From: Escherichia phage vB_EcoM-S1P5QW
Strand: one strand, 5' to 3'
Sequence record: OL956808.1
DNA: 64,000 nucleotides
Shown: positions 37,354-47,155 of the stretch, piece by piece
How the letters are laid out: every line of letters begins with the position of its first letter
How positions within the stretch are numbered: the stretch's first letter is position 1
Notes under the pieces: generated by a model
The model's database searches: none
Seen by the model: the letters and a program-made list of their open reading frames with translations, nothing else
What the model was told of the DNA's origin: nothing
Made by a program: the position numbers and the translations under genes

Positions 37354-39171
37354 ATGATTAAGAATGAAATTAAAATTCTGAGCGATATTGAACATATCAA
37401 AAAGCGTAGCGGCATGTACATTGGCTCTTCAGCTAATGAAATGCATGAGCGCTTTCTGTTTGGTAAATGGGAAAGTGTTCAGTATGTACCTGGTCTTGTT
37501 AAGCTTATTGATGAAATTATCGATAACTCAGTAGATGAAGGTATTCGTACTAAGTTTAAATTCGCAAATAAAATTAATGTTACTATTAAAAATAATCAAG
37601 TAACAGTTGAAGATAACGGTCGTGGTATTCCACAGGCGATGGTTAAAACACCTACCGGTGAAGAAATTCCTGGTCCTGTTGCTGCGTGGACTATTCCAAA
37701 AGCAGGTGGTAACTTCGGTGATGATAAAGAACGCGTCACCGGCGGTATGAATGGTGTTGGTTCTAGTTTGACAAACATTTTTTCTGTGATGTTTGTTGGT
37801 GAAACTGGCGATGGTCAAAATAATATTGTAGTTCGTTGTTCAAACGGCATGGAAAATAAATCATGGGAAGATATTCCTGGAAAATGGAAAGGAACCCGTG
37901 TTACTTTCATTCCTGATTTTATGTCATTTGAAACTAATGAGCTGTCCCAAGTTTATCTTGACATTACATTAGATCGTCTCCAGACACTTGCTGTTGTTTA
38001 TCCTGATATTCAATTTACCTTTAATGGTAAAAAGGTTCAGGGTAATTTTAAGAAATATGCACGCCAATATGATGAGCATGCTATTGTTCAAGAACAAGAA
38101 AATTGTTCTATTGCGGTTGGTCGTTCACCGGATGGTTTTCGTCAATTAACATACGTCAATAACATTCATACTAAGAATGGTGGCCATCACATTGACTGTG
38201 TTATGGATGATATTTGTGAAGACCTTATTCCACAAATCAAACGTAAGTTCAAAATTGATGTAACTAAAGCACGTGTCAAAGAATGTTTGACTATCGTTAT
38301 GTTTGTTCGTGATATGAAAAACATGCGATTTGATTCTCAAACTAAAGAGCGTTTGACTTCTCCATTTGGCGAAATTCGTAGTCATATTCAGCTTGATGCT
38401 AAAAAGATTTCACGCGCTATTCTAAATAATGAAGCAATTCTAATGCCAATTATTGAAGCAGCATTAGCTCGTAAATTGGCAGCAGAAAAAGCAGCAGAAA
38501 CTAAAGCAGCTAAAAAGGCTTCTAAAGCTAAGGTTCATAAACATATCAAAGCGAATCTTTGCGGTAAAGATGCTGACACTACATTGTTCTTGACTGAGGG
38601 TGATTCAGCTATCGGATATCTTATTGATGTTCGCGATAAAGAACTTCATGGTGGTTATCCATTGCGCGGTAAAGTTCTTAATAGCTGGGGTATGTCATAT
38701 GCCGATATGCTTAAAAACAAAGAACTATTTGATATTTGCGCAATCACTGGTCTAGTTCTTGGTGAAAAAGCTGAAAACTTGAATTATCGCAATATTGCTA
38801 TTATGACTGATGCTGACCATGATGGTCTAGGAAGCATTTATCCTTCTCTGCTCGGATTTTTTAGTAATTGGCCAGAATTGTTTGAGCAAGGACGAATTCG
38901 CTTTGTCAAAACTCCTGTAATCATCGCTCAGGTCGGTAAAAAACAAGAATGGTTTTATACAGTCGCTGAATATGAGAGTGCCAAAGATGCTCTACCTAAA
39001 CATAGCATCCGTTATATTAAGGGACTTGGCTCTTTGGAAAAATCTGAATATCGTGAGATGATTCAAAATCCAGTATATGATGTTGTTAAACTTCCTGAGA
39101 ATTGGAAAGAGCTTTTTGAAATGCTCATGGGAGATAATGCTGACCTTCGTAAAGAATGGATGAGCCAGTAG
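37354..39171 (+). CDS. 39: DNA topoisomerase II large (ATPase) subunit, uninterrupted gp39 (equivalent to T4 gp39 plus gp60 fused)
   Basis: 605 aa; GHKL ATPase motifs; C-terminal 130 aa match recalled T4 gp60 (..IMTDADHDGLGSIYPSLLGFF..RKEWMSQ) with no coding gap. Confidence 0.93.
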   Translation: MIKNEIKILSDIEHIKKRSGMYIGSSANEMHERFLFGKWESVQYVPGLVKLIDEIIDNSVDEGIRTKFKFANKINVTIKNNQVTVEDNGRGIPQAMVKTPTGEEIPGPVAAWTIPKAGGNFGDDKERVTGGMNGVGSSLTNIFSVMFVGETGDGQNNIVVRCSNGMENKSWEDIPGKWKGTRVTFIPDFMSFETNELSQVYLDITLDRLQTLAVVYPDIQFTFNGKKVQGNFKKYARQYDEHAIVQEQENCSIAVGRSPDGFRQLTYVNNIHTKNGGHHIDCVMDDICEDLIPQIKRKFKIDVTKARVKECLTIVMFVRDMKNMRFDSQTKERLTSPFGEIRSHIQLDAKKISRAILNNEAILMPIIEAALARKLAAEKAAETKAAKKASKAKVHKHIKANLCGKDADTTLFLTEGDSAIGYLIDVRDKELHGGYPLRGKVLNSWGMSYADMLKNKELFDICAITGLVLGEKAENLNYRNIAIMTDADHDGLGSIYPSLLGFFSNWPELFEQGRIRFVKTPVIIAQVGKKQEWFYTVAEYESAKDALPKHSIRYIKGLGSLEKSEYREMIQNPVYDVVKLPENWKELFEMLMGDNADLRKEWMSQ

Positions 39172-39200
39172 TTTACTTTACCACAAGGATGTGGTATAAT
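39171..39200 (+). promoter_or_regulatory. Early promoter (-35 GTTTAC, -10 TATAAT) upstream of rIIA.1/rIIA
   Basis: GTTTACTTTACCACAAGGATGTGGTATAAT. Confidence 0.5.
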
Positions 39201-39225
39201 TAATTGGGCAAATGAGGATATTGAA

Positions 39226-39429
39226 ATGAAATCATATAGAGTAAATTTAGAACTTTTTGATAAAGCAGTTCATCGAGAATATAGAATCATTCAACGCTTT
39301 TTCGATATGGGAGAAGCCGAAGAATTTAAAAACCGCTTTAAAGATATTAGAGATAAAATTCAATCCGACACCGCAACTAAAGACGAACTACTAGAAGTTG
39401 CTGAAGTTATTAAGCGTAATATGAATTAA
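39226..39429 (+). CDS. Hypothetical protein (67 aa), T4 rIIA.1 position
   Basis: ORF immediately upstream of rIIA. Confidence 0.6.
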   Translation: MKSYRVNLELFDKAVHREYRIIQRFFDMGEAEEFKNRFKDIRDKIQSDTATKDELLEVAEVIKRNMN

Positions 39430-39439
39430 TGAGGAAATT

Positions 39440-41617
39440 ATGATTATCACCACTGAAAAAGAAACAATTCTTGGTAATGGTTCTAAATCAAAAGCATTTA
39501 GCATCACAGCATCTCCTAAAGTATTTAAAATTCTGTCGTCTGATTTGTATACAAACAAGATTCGTGCAGTAGTCCGTGAATTGATTACCAACATGATTGA
39601 TGCCCATGCTCTCAATGGAAATCCTGAAAAATTTATTATTCAAGTTCCTGGACGTTTAGATCCACGATTTGTTTGCCGAGATTTTGGTCCGGGTATGAGT
39701 GATTTTGATATTCAGGGTGATGATAATTCTCCTGGGTTGTATAATTCATATTTCAGTTCATCTAAGGCTGAATCTAACGATTTCATTGGCGGATTTGGTT
39801 TAGGTTCTAAATCTCCGTTTAGTTATACTGATACATTTAGTATTACTTCATATCATAAAGGCGAAATTCGTGGTTATGTAGCTTACATGGATGGTGACGG
39901 TCCGCAGATTAAACCTACATTCGTAAAAGAAATGGGTCCAGATGATAAAACTGGTATTGAAATCGTAGTTCCAGTTGAAGAAAAAGACTTTAGAAACTTT
40001 GCTTATGAAGTTTCTTATATCATGCGACCGTTCAAAGATTTGGCTATCATTAATGGTCTTGACCGCGAAATTGATTATTTTCCTGATTTTGATGATTATT
40101 ATGGTGTAAATCCAGAAAGATACTGGCCTGATCGTGGTGAATTATATGCTATCTATGGCGGTATTGTTTATCCTATCGATGGTGTTATTAGAGACCGTAA
40201 CTGGCTAAGCATTCGCAATGAAGTGAATTACATTAAGTTTCCAATGGGTTCACTTGATATTGCTCCATCTCGCGAGGCTCTTTCACTAGATGATCGCACT
40301 CGTAAAAATATCATTGAACGAGTTAAAGAACTCAGTGAGAAAGCATTTAATGAAGATGTAAAACGATTTAAAGAATCTACATCTCCTCGTCACACATATC
40401 GCGAATTAATGAAGATGGGGTATTCTGCTCGAGATTATATGATTAGTAATTCAGTCAAATTCACGACTAAAAATCTGTCATATAAAAAGATGCAGAGCAT
40501 GTTTGAACCTGACAGTAAGTTATGCAATGCAGGAGTTGTGTATGAAGTAAATCTTGACCCTCGACTGAAACGCATTAAGCAAAGTCATGAAACTTCAGCC
40601 GTTGCATCAAGTTATCGTCTGTTTGGTATTAATACAACAAAAATTAATATCGTTATTGATAATATTAAAAATCGTGTTAATATTGTTCGTGGATTAGCAC
40701 GTGCGTTAGATGATAGTGAATTTAATAACACTTTGAATATTCATCATAACGAACGCCTTTTGTTTATTAACCCAGAAATAGAATCGCAGATTGATTTACT
40801 TCCTGATATTATGGCGATGTTTGAAAGTGATGAAGTTAACATTCATTATTTGTCAGAAATTGAAGCTTTAGTAAAAAGTTATATTCCAAAGGTAGTTAAA
40901 AGTAAAGCTCCTCGTCCTAAAGCTGCTACAGCATTTAAGTTTGAAATTAAAGATGGGCGTTGGGAAAAAGAGGAATTATTTACACTTACGTCAGAAGCAG
41001 ATGAAATTACTGGTTATGTAGCGTATATGCATCGTTCTGATATTTTCTCTATGGATGGTACTACATCACTTTGTCATCCATCTATGAATATTTTGATTCG
41101 TATGGCTAATCTTATTGGCATTAATGAATTTTATGTTATTCGTCCGCTTTTACAGAAAAAGGTAAAAGAACTCGGTCAGTGCCAATGTATTTTTGAAGCT
41201 TTGCGTGATTTATATGTAGATGCTTTTGATGATGTAGATTATGATAAGTATGTAGGTTATTCAAGTTCAGCTCAACGATATATTGATAAAATTATCAAGT
41301 ATCCTGAACTAGATTTTATGATGAAGTACTTCAGTACAGATGAAGTTTCTGAAGAATATACACGACTTGGTAATATGGTTAGTTCATTACGCGGTGTATA
41401 TTTCAACGGTGGAAAAGATACCATCGGTCATGATATCTGGACAGTAACTAATCTCTTTGATGAATTATCACGTAATGCTTCAAAAAATAGTGATAAAATG
41501 GTTGCTGAGTTTACCAAGAAATTCCGTATTGTTTCCGACTTCATCGGTTATCGCAACTCTTTAAGTGATGATGAAGTTTCCCAAATCGCTAAAACTATGA
41601 AGGCCCTTGCGGCCTAA
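39440..41617 (+). CDS. rIIA: rIIA protein
   Basis: 725 aa; matches recalled T4 rIIA; synteny with rIIB. Confidence 0.95.
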   Translation: MIITTEKETILGNGSKSKAFSITASPKVFKILSSDLYTNKIRAVVRELITNMIDAHALNGNPEKFIIQVPGRLDPRFVCRDFGPGMSDFDIQGDDNSPGLYNSYFSSSKAESNDFIGGFGLGSKSPFSYTDTFSITSYHKGEIRGYVAYMDGDGPQIKPTFVKEMGPDDKTGIEIVVPVEEKDFRNFAYEVSYIMRPFKDLAIINGLDREIDYFPDFDDYYGVNPERYWPDRGELYAIYGGIVYPIDGVIRDRNWLSIRNEVNYIKFPMGSLDIAPSREALSLDDRTRKNIIERVKELSEKAFNEDVKRFKESTSPRHTYRELMKMGYSARDYMISNSVKFTTKNLSYKKMQSMFEPDSKLCNAGVVYEVNLDPRLKRIKQSHETSAVASSYRLFGINTTKINIVIDNIKNRVNIVRGLARALDDSEFNNTLNIHHNERLLFINPEIESQIDLLPDIMAMFESDEVNIHYLSEIEALVKSYIPKVVKSKAPRPKAATAFKFEIKDGRWEKEELFTLTSEADEITGYVAYMHRSDIFSMDGTTSLCHPSMNILIRMANLIGINEFYVIRPLLQKKVKELGQCQCIFEALRDLYVDAFDDVDYDKYVGYSSSAQRYIDKIIKYPELDFMMKYFSTDEVSEEYTRLGNMVSSLRGVYFNGGKDTIGHDIWTVTNLFDELSRNASKNSDKMVAEFTKKFRIVSDFIGYRNSLSDDEVSQIAKTMKALAA

Positions 41618-41628
41618 TAAGGAAAATT

Positions 41629-42567
41629 ATGTACAATATTAAATGCCTGACCAAAAACGAACAAGCTGAAATTGTTAAATTGTATTCAAGCGGTAATTAC
41701 ACCCAACAGGAATTGGCTGATTGGCAAGGTGTATCGGTTGACACAATTCGTCGTGTTTTGAAAAATGCTGAAGAAGCTAAACGCTCTAAAGTTACTATTA
41801 GCGGTGATATTACAATTAAAGTTAATAGCGATGCAGTTATTGCTCCAGTTGCTAAATCTGACATTATTTGGAATGCATCTAAAAAATTCATTTCAATTAC
41901 TGTTGACGGTGTAACTTATAACGCAACTCCTAATACTCATTCAAACTTCCAGGAAATTCTTAATCTGCTTGTAGCAGATAAGTTGGAAGAAGCGGCACAA
42001 AAAATTAATGTTCGTCGCGCTGTTGAAAAATATATTTCCGGCGATGTTCGAATTGAAGGCGGAAGCTTGTTCTATCAAAATATCGAATTACGGTCTGGTT
42101 TAGTTGATCGTATTCTCGATTCGATGGAAAAAGGTGAAAACTTTGAATTTTATTTTCCGTTCTTGGAAAATCTGCTGGAAAACCCAAGCCAGAAAGCGGT
42201 ATCTCGACTCTTTGATTTCTTGGTAGCAAACGATATTGAAATTACAGAAGATGGTTACTTCTATGCTTGGAAAGTAGTTCGTGACAACTACTTTGACTGT
42301 CACTCAAACACCTTTGATAACAGTCCTGGTAAAGTAGTTAAAATGCCGCGTACTCGTGTGAATGACGATGATACACAAACTTGTTCTCGTGGTCTGCATG
42401 TATGTTCTAAATCTTATATTCGTCACTTTGGCAGTTCAACCAGCCGAGTTGTAAAAGTTAAAGTACATCCACGTGATGTAGTATCAATTCCGATTGATTA
42501 CAACGATGCTAAAATGCGTACCTGCCAATACGAAGTAGTTGAAGACGTTACTGAACAATTTAAATAA
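41629..42567 (+). CDS. rIIB: rIIB protein
   Basis: 312 aa; MYNIKCLTKNEQAEIVKLYSSGNYTQQELADW... matches recalled T4 rIIB. Confidence 0.95.
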   Translation: MYNIKCLTKNEQAEIVKLYSSGNYTQQELADWQGVSVDTIRRVLKNAEEAKRSKVTISGDITIKVNSDAVIAPVAKSDIIWNASKKFISITVDGVTYNATPNTHSNFQEILNLLVADKLEEAAQKINVRRAVEKYISGDVRIEGGSLFYQNIELRSGLVDRILDSMEKGENFEFYFPFLENLLENPSQKAVSRLFDFLVANDIEITEDGYFYAWKVVRDNYFDCHSNTFDNSPGKVVKMPRTRVNDDDTQTCSRGLHVCSKSYIRHFGSSTSRVVKVKVHPRDVVSIPIDYNDAKMRTCQYEVVEDVTEQFK

Positions 42568-42583
42568 GGGCTTCGGCCCTTAT
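42568..42583 (+). terminator. GGGC-UUCG-GCCC hairpin directly after rIIB stop
   Basis: Tetraloop hairpin. Confidence 0.5.
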
Positions 42584-42599
42584 CATATTAAGGAAAATT

Positions 42600-42794
42600 A
42601 TGTTAGGTTATCAAGCACGAGTAAAAGAAGAATACGATCAATTAATGCTCAAAATTAATGCACTGAGCAAATTTTTAGAAAGCGCAAAGTTTCTAACAGT
42701 TAACGCAGTTGAGCAAGAACTGCTACTTTCGCAGTTCATCTCAATGAAATCTTATGCTGAGTGTCTAGAGAAAAGAATCGCACAATTCAAATAA
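42600..42794 (+). CDS. Hypothetical protein (64 aa)
   Basis: ORF flanked by two UUCG hairpins. Confidence 0.55.
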   Translation: MLGYQARVKEEYDQLMLKINALSKFLESAKFLTVNAVEQELLLSQFISMKSYAECLEKRIAQFK

Positions 42795-42799
42795 AATAA

Positions 42800-42820
42800 G
42801 GGCTTCGGCCCTTTTGTTTT
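42800..42820 (+). terminator. GGGC-UUCG-GCCC hairpin plus TTTTGTTTT
   Basis: Tetraloop hairpin with T-rich tail. Confidence 0.6.
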
Positions 42821-42857
42821 AAGAGAAATTATGATTCCGACATAAAGGAAAGTTTAA

Positions 42858-43415
42858 ATGCAGAAAACGAATCCGGGTTTACAGAGACTATTTCAGATTC
42901 CGACATTTACCCTATCGAACAGTGACTTGACTAGTGAAATGAAGGTCAAAATTGCTGATACAGCAAGATACTCTTTAAAACAAAACCCGAACCAGGATAA
43001 AGCAGAAGTTATCGAAAGATGCCGTATCGCTGTGTACGCAGAGTTTTTTGTGGCAGATTGGCTAAGCGGATATGTCAATAAAGGCCAAGAAAATGTCGAT
43101 GATCCGTACACGTATGCATGGGATGTTTTAGCGCATCCAAAATATTGCGGGCTTCGTGTAGAAGTCAAAACACATCAAACTGACTCGCGTTGGATTTCGG
43201 TAACAACGGGATGCAGCGGAGAGTATCCATATGGTTCTGGAATAAATTTAGGGCCCATTCTAAATCATCAAGTCGCTGACTGTATAATTATATTCAACAC
43301 TAAAGAAATTCATCCAGGTGTCATCCAGTACACTCCGAAGTTCATCGGTGACAGAGAAGACCTTCGTAAGGTTGTAAGAAAAAGCAACTACAACGGATGG
43401 TATCTTTCCATTTAA
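42858..43415 (+). CDS. denB: Endonuclease IV DenB
   Basis: 185 aa; position downstream of rIIB; matches recalled T4 DenB. Confidence 0.88.
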   Translation: MQKTNPGLQRLFQIPTFTLSNSDLTSEMKVKIADTARYSLKQNPNQDKAEVIERCRIAVYAEFFVADWLSGYVNKGQENVDDPYTYAWDVLAHPKYCGLRVEVKTHQTDSRWISVTTGCSGEYPYGSGINLGPILNHQVADCIIIFNTKEIHPGVIQYTPKFIGDREDLRKVVRKSNYNGWYLSI

Positions 43416-43431
43416 AAATTTTCACAAAACG

Positions 43432-43461
43432 GTTTACATACCACAAGGACCGTGGTACTAT
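43432..43461 (+). promoter_or_regulatory. Early promoter (-35 GTTTACA, -10 TACTAT)
   Basis: TTTCACAAAACGGTTTACA...CGTGGTACTATACAACTATCAACTG module. Confidence 0.5.
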
Positions 43462-43495
43462 ACAACTATCAACTGATACTGATTTGGAGAGTAAA

Positions 43496-43759
43496 ATGAA
43501 ATTTAAATTTTATTATGCTAAGCATAAAATAACTGATGAGTTTGTGTCAGTTGAATATTCTAGCGATGATGAAGGCATGATTTATACTCGCTTAGGATTA
43601 TCGCATTGGGAGTCTGATCAGCCTTATTTTTCAACTCCTGAAGAAATTACACGCTTAGTTAATGGTCATATGAATGACCACTGGAATGTAATTCTTTCAG
43701 ATAGTCTTAAAGAGGCTATTAATAGTAATGAAATGAAAATCGCTGAGATTGAGCTATGA
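43496..43759 (+). CDS. Hypothetical protein (87 aa)
   Basis: ATG with RBS GGAGAG, downstream of early promoter. Confidence 0.55.
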   Translation: MKFKFYYAKHKITDEFVSVEYSSDDEGMIYTRLGLSHWESDQPYFSTPEEITRLVNGHMNDHWNVILSDSLKEAINSNEMKIAEIEL

Positions 43760-43944
43760 GTTCATTATGGTGGTGTTTTGTTTGGTTAATTAGTATTCCA
43801 GTAATTTGTTTAACATTTACTTTTGTGATGAGGTTATTATGAAAATTTTGAATTCTGTACTTATTGCTTGTGCGTGGTGGGTTGCACAGGTTTCAGCGGT
43901 AGTAGTTGGTATTCACATTTATTACGAATATTTTTAAAAAAGTT

Positions 43945-43974
43945 GTTTACAAGACTGTTCTTCCGTGGTACTAT
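43945..43974 (+). promoter_or_regulatory. Early promoter (-35 GTTTACA, -10 TACTAT); near-identical copy of module at 16210..16262
   Basis: GTTTACAAGACTGTTCTTCCGTGGTACTAT...CAACTACGGAGGAACAGAAAATG. Confidence 0.55.
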
Positions 43975-44002
43975 TACCCTATCAACTACGGAGGAACAGA
44001 AA

Positions 44003-44116
44003 ATGAAAAAGATTATTAAAGCTATATGGAATGTAGTTATAATACTAATAGTTTTGAGTATATTCCCAATCGTTTTAATGATTGATGTATTAAACGCTTA
44101 TTTTGGATTTATGTGA
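44003..44116 (+). CDS. Small hydrophobic protein (37 aa)
   Basis: ATG after RBS GGAGGAAC; single TM helix. Confidence 0.4.
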   Translation: MKKIIKAIWNVVIILIVLSIFPIVLMIDVLNAYFGFM

Positions 44117-44123
44117 GGAAAAT

Positions 44124-44321
44124 ATGAAGCGTAAACGTAGTGCTTTTACATTTATTGAATGGTTTTTCGATAATATTTTTCCGGCTTTATTCATTTTCAT
44201 GCTGATTTTTGCCTTAGGTTCAGTTGTAGTTGGAATCTATTTGATGGCGGTAGTCGGAATGGATATTCATCAAAATGGTTTAAAATCTGTGGTTGAAACA
44301 ATTTGGAATGGTGTAAAATGA
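44124..44321 (+). CDS. Hypothetical membrane protein (65 aa)
   Basis: RBS GAGGAAAA; hydrophobic segments. Confidence 0.5.
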   Translation: MKRKRSAFTFIEWFFDNIFPALFIFMLIFALGSVVVGIYLMAVVGMDIHQNGLKSVVETIWNGVK

Positions 44322-44436
44322 TGAATTTGCTGAGTGGTTGGTTTTATATTCTCATGTTTTACATTGGTGCAAATTTCCCATATTGGATGGGATGGTCAAC
44401 AACTGCATTTGGATTTTATACTCCTTGAGGTGAATT

Positions 44437-44652
44437 ATGAAAATCTTTAAAGATGTAAAAGTTGGTGAAATTTTTTGCTTAGATAATGGTGATCAGTTAA
44501 TTCGTATTTCGCCTCTTAAAAGCACTAGCGAGAAAATGACAGTTAACGCTACTTTAGCAAATAACAGCAATGAACGTTTCTGTATTGAAAATGATACTGA
44601 AACTTATACTGTAGAAGAGTTCTGGGAATTAAGCGTCGACTGCGATGATTAA
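44437..44652 (+). CDS. Hypothetical protein (71 aa)
   Basis: ORF with RBS GAGGTGAA. Confidence 0.55.
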   Translation: MKIFKDVKVGEIFCLDNGDQLIRISPLKSTSEKMTVNATLANNSNERFCIENDTETYTVEEFWELSVDCDD

Positions 44653-44712
44653 TTTAATGGCCGTGTGTATTCATGCGGCCTTGGAGTAGAAAATAATTTA
44701 GAGGAAATTAAT

Positions 44713-45171
44713 ATGAAATATATGACTGTTACTGATCTGAACAATGCAGGCGCTACCGTTATTGGTACAATCAAGAACGGTGAATGGTTTTTGGGAGTTC
44801 CACATAAAGATATTTTATCTAAACCTGGATTTTACTTTTTAGTAAGTAAATTAGATGGTCGTCTATTTAGTAATCCATGTGTGTCTGCACGATTTTATGT
44901 AGGTAATCAACGTTCTAAGCAAGGATTCAGTGCAGTTCTAAGTCATATTCGTCAGCGTCGGTCTCAGCTTGCACGTACTATTGCAAATAACAATGTTCCA
45001 TACACGGTATTTTATCTACCTGCTTCTAAGATGAAACCTCTGACGACGGGGTTTGGAAAAGGTCAGTTAGCTTTGGCGTTTACCCGTAATCATCATTCTG
45101 AGTATCAAACACTTGAAGAAATGAATCGTATGTTGGCTGATAACTTTAAATTTGTTTTGCAGGCGTATTAA
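44713..45171 (+). CDS. ndd: Nucleoid disruption protein Ndd
   Basis: 152 aa from [18 protein letters not shown]...; matches recalled T4 Ndd. Confidence 0.85.
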
Positions 45172-45251
45172 TGAGTAATTTCCATAACGAACACGTGATG
45201 CAGTTCTATCGTAACAATCTTAAAACTAAAGGCGTCTTCGGACGCCAGTGA
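45171..45251 (+). CDS. stp: 26-aa peptide, Stp-like (activator of host anticodon nuclease PrrC), not in ORF track
   Basis: [26 protein letters not shown]; 26 codons; TAATG overlap with ndd; position ndd-stp-ac-52 as in T4. Confidence 0.6.
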
Positions 45252-45258
45252 GGAAAAT

Positions 45259-45417
45259 ATGAATATTGCAAAATTATTAGGAGTTATTTCATTTATTTGT
45301 TGGATAGTAGCATGTGTTTTAACTATCTGTATTGATGCCAGCAGCGTGTTTTCACAAGCTTTAGCTCAGGGTATGTGTGCATATTTAACATTTGTGTTGT
45401 TATCTACTAATGATTAA
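45259..45417 (+). CDS. Small membrane protein (52 aa), ac-like by position (tentative)
   Basis: RBS GAGGAAAA; hydrophobic peptide. Confidence 0.45.
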   Translation: MNIAKLLGVISFICWIVACVLTICIDASSVFSQALAQGMCAYLTFVLLSTND

Positions 45418-45550
45418 GAAAATCTTGGGCTACTCAGTAGCCCTTGCTACTTTATTGGTAGCACTATATTATGGAGTAATGTTCGGATTAATTCAAGTCG
45501 TGCTTTTCATTTCTGATGTTATTATGGCACTACATTCACTAGTATGGTAA
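45410..45550 (+). CDS. Small membrane protein (46 aa), not in ORF track
   Basis: Overlaps previous stop; ends 4 nt before gene 52. Confidence 0.4.
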   Translation: MIKKILGYSVALATLLVALYYGVMFGLIQVVLFISDVIMALHSLVW

Positions 45551-45554
45551 ATTT

Positions 45555-46883
45555 ATGCAACTGAATAATCGCGATTTAAAAAGTATCATTGATAATGAAG
45601 CATTGGCTTATGCTATGTACACGGTTGAAAATCGTGCTATTCCAAATATGATTGATGGATTTAAGCCAGTTCAACGATTTGTTATTGCTCGAGCTCTTGA
45701 TTTGGCACGAGGAAATAAAGATAAGTTTCACAAACTCGCTTCTATTGCAGGTGGTGTAGCGGACCTTGGATATCACCATGGTGAAAACTCTGCACAAGAT
45801 GCAGGTGCTTTGATGGCTAATACTTGGAATAATAACTTTCCTCTGTTAGATGGTCAAGGAAACTTTGGTTCTCGTACTGTCCAAAAGGCAGCGGCAAGTC
45901 GTTATATTTTTGCTCGTGTAAGTAAAAATTTCTATAACGTATATAAAGATACTGAATATGCTCCGGTACATCAAGATAAAGAACACATTCCGCCTGCTTT
46001 CTATTTGCCTATTATTCCTACTGTTCTTCTTAATGGTGTTTCCGGTATTGCAACTGGTTATGCAACTTACATTCTTCCTCATAGTGTTTCTTCTGTTAAG
46101 AAAGCTGTACTGCAAGCTCTTCAAGGAAAGAAAGTAACTAAACCGAAGGTAGAATTCCCAGAATTTCGTGGTGAAGTCGTTGAAATTGACGGTCAATATG
46201 AAATTCGTGGAACATATAAGTTTACTTCACGAACTCAAATGCATATCACTGAGATTCCGTATAAGTATGATCGTGAAACTTATGTGAGTAAAATCTTAGA
46301 CCCGCTTGAAGATAAAGGCTTCATTACATGGGATGATGCTTGTGGTGAGCATGGTTTTGGCTTTAAAATTAAATTCCGCAAAGAATACTCTTTGAGCGAT
46401 AACGAAGAAGAACGCCATGCAAAAATCATGAAAGACTTCGGGTTGATTGAGCGTCGTTCCCAGAATATTACCGTTATTAATGAGAAAGGAAAACTACAAG
46501 TTTACGATAACGTAGTTGATTTAATTAAAGACTTCGTTGAAGTTCGTAAAACTTATGTCCAAAAGCGAATTGATAACAAAATCAAAGAAACTGAATCAGC
46601 ATTTCGTTTAGCCTTTGCCAAGGCACATTTCATTAAGAAAGTGATTTCAGGTGAAATTGTTGTACAAGGTAAAACTCGCAAAGAACTGACTGAAGAACTT
46701 TCTAAAATTGATATGTATTCTTCTTATGTTGATAAACTAGTTGGAATGAACATTTTTCATATGACTTCCGACGAAGCAAAGAAACTTGCTGAAGAAGCTA
46801 AAGCTAAAAAAGAAGAAAACGAATATTGGAAAACTACTGATGTAGTTACAGAATACACTAAAGATTTAGAGGAAATCAAATGA
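45555..46883 (+). CDS. 52: DNA topoisomerase II medium subunit gp52
   Basis: 442 aa; matches recalled T4 gp52. Confidence 0.95.
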   Translation: MQLNNRDLKSIIDNEALAYAMYTVENRAIPNMIDGFKPVQRFVIARALDLARGNKDKFHKLASIAGGVADLGYHHGENSAQDAGALMANTWNNNFPLLDGQGNFGSRTVQKAAASRYIFARVSKNFYNVYKDTEYAPVHQDKEHIPPAFYLPIIPTVLLNGVSGIATGYATYILPHSVSSVKKAVLQALQGKKVTKPKVEFPEFRGEVVEIDGQYEIRGTYKFTSRTQMHITEIPYKYDRETYVSKILDPLEDKGFITWDDACGEHGFGFKIKFRKEYSLSDNEEERHAKIMKDFGLIERRSQNITVINEKGKLQVYDNVVDLIKDFVEVRKTYVQKRIDNKIKETESAFRLAFAKAHFIKKVISGEIVVQGKTRKELTEELSKIDMYSSYVDKLVGMNIFHMTSDEAKKLAEEAKAKKEENEYWKTTDVVTEYTKDLEEIK

Positions 46884-47029
46884 GTCCATTCATAGGTATT
46901 ACAAGCGCGGCATTAGTATCTGGTAGCATTTTACTAGCGGGTTTAGGTGTTGTTCCAGCTGTAGCAGGAGGTCTTCTTGCGTTCGGCATTCAACGTGTTA
47001 TCATGACAGTTATCACAGTCATGCAGTAA
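46880..47029 (+). CDS. Small hydrophobic protein (49 aa), not in ORF track
   Basis: ATGA overlap with gene 52 stop; Gly/Ala-rich TM peptide. Confidence 0.45.
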   Translation: MSPFIGITSAALVSGSILLAGLGVVPAVAGGLLAFGIQRVIMTVITVMQ

Positions 47030-47034
47030 TTTTA

Positions 47035-47064
47035 GGGAGAGCCAAGGCTCTCCCTTTTTATTTT
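47035..47064 (+). terminator. GGGAGAGCC-AA-GGCUCUCCC hairpin plus T-run
   Basis: 9-bp stem followed by TTTTTATTTT. Confidence 0.65.
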
Positions 47065-47084
47065 AAAATTTTTTTCACAAAACG

Positions 47085-47114
47085 GTTTACAACCAAAGCA
47101 TACTGTGGTACTAT
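47085..47114 (+). promoter_or_regulatory. Early promoter upstream of motA (-35 GTTTACA, -10 TACTAT)
   Basis: TTTCACAAAACGGTTTACA...TGTGGTACTATACAACTATCAACTG. Confidence 0.5.
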
Positions 47115-47155
47115 ACAACTATCAACTGCTGATACAGAATTACGGAGATTAGAAA

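Noticed and set aside
38760-38830. Search for the gene 60 translational bypass element (take-off GGA, stop codon, 50-nt gap, hairpin) inside the topoisomerase gene
   Set aside because: Reading frame is continuous through ...DHDGLGSIYPSL... with no stop or gap; the bypass element is absent.
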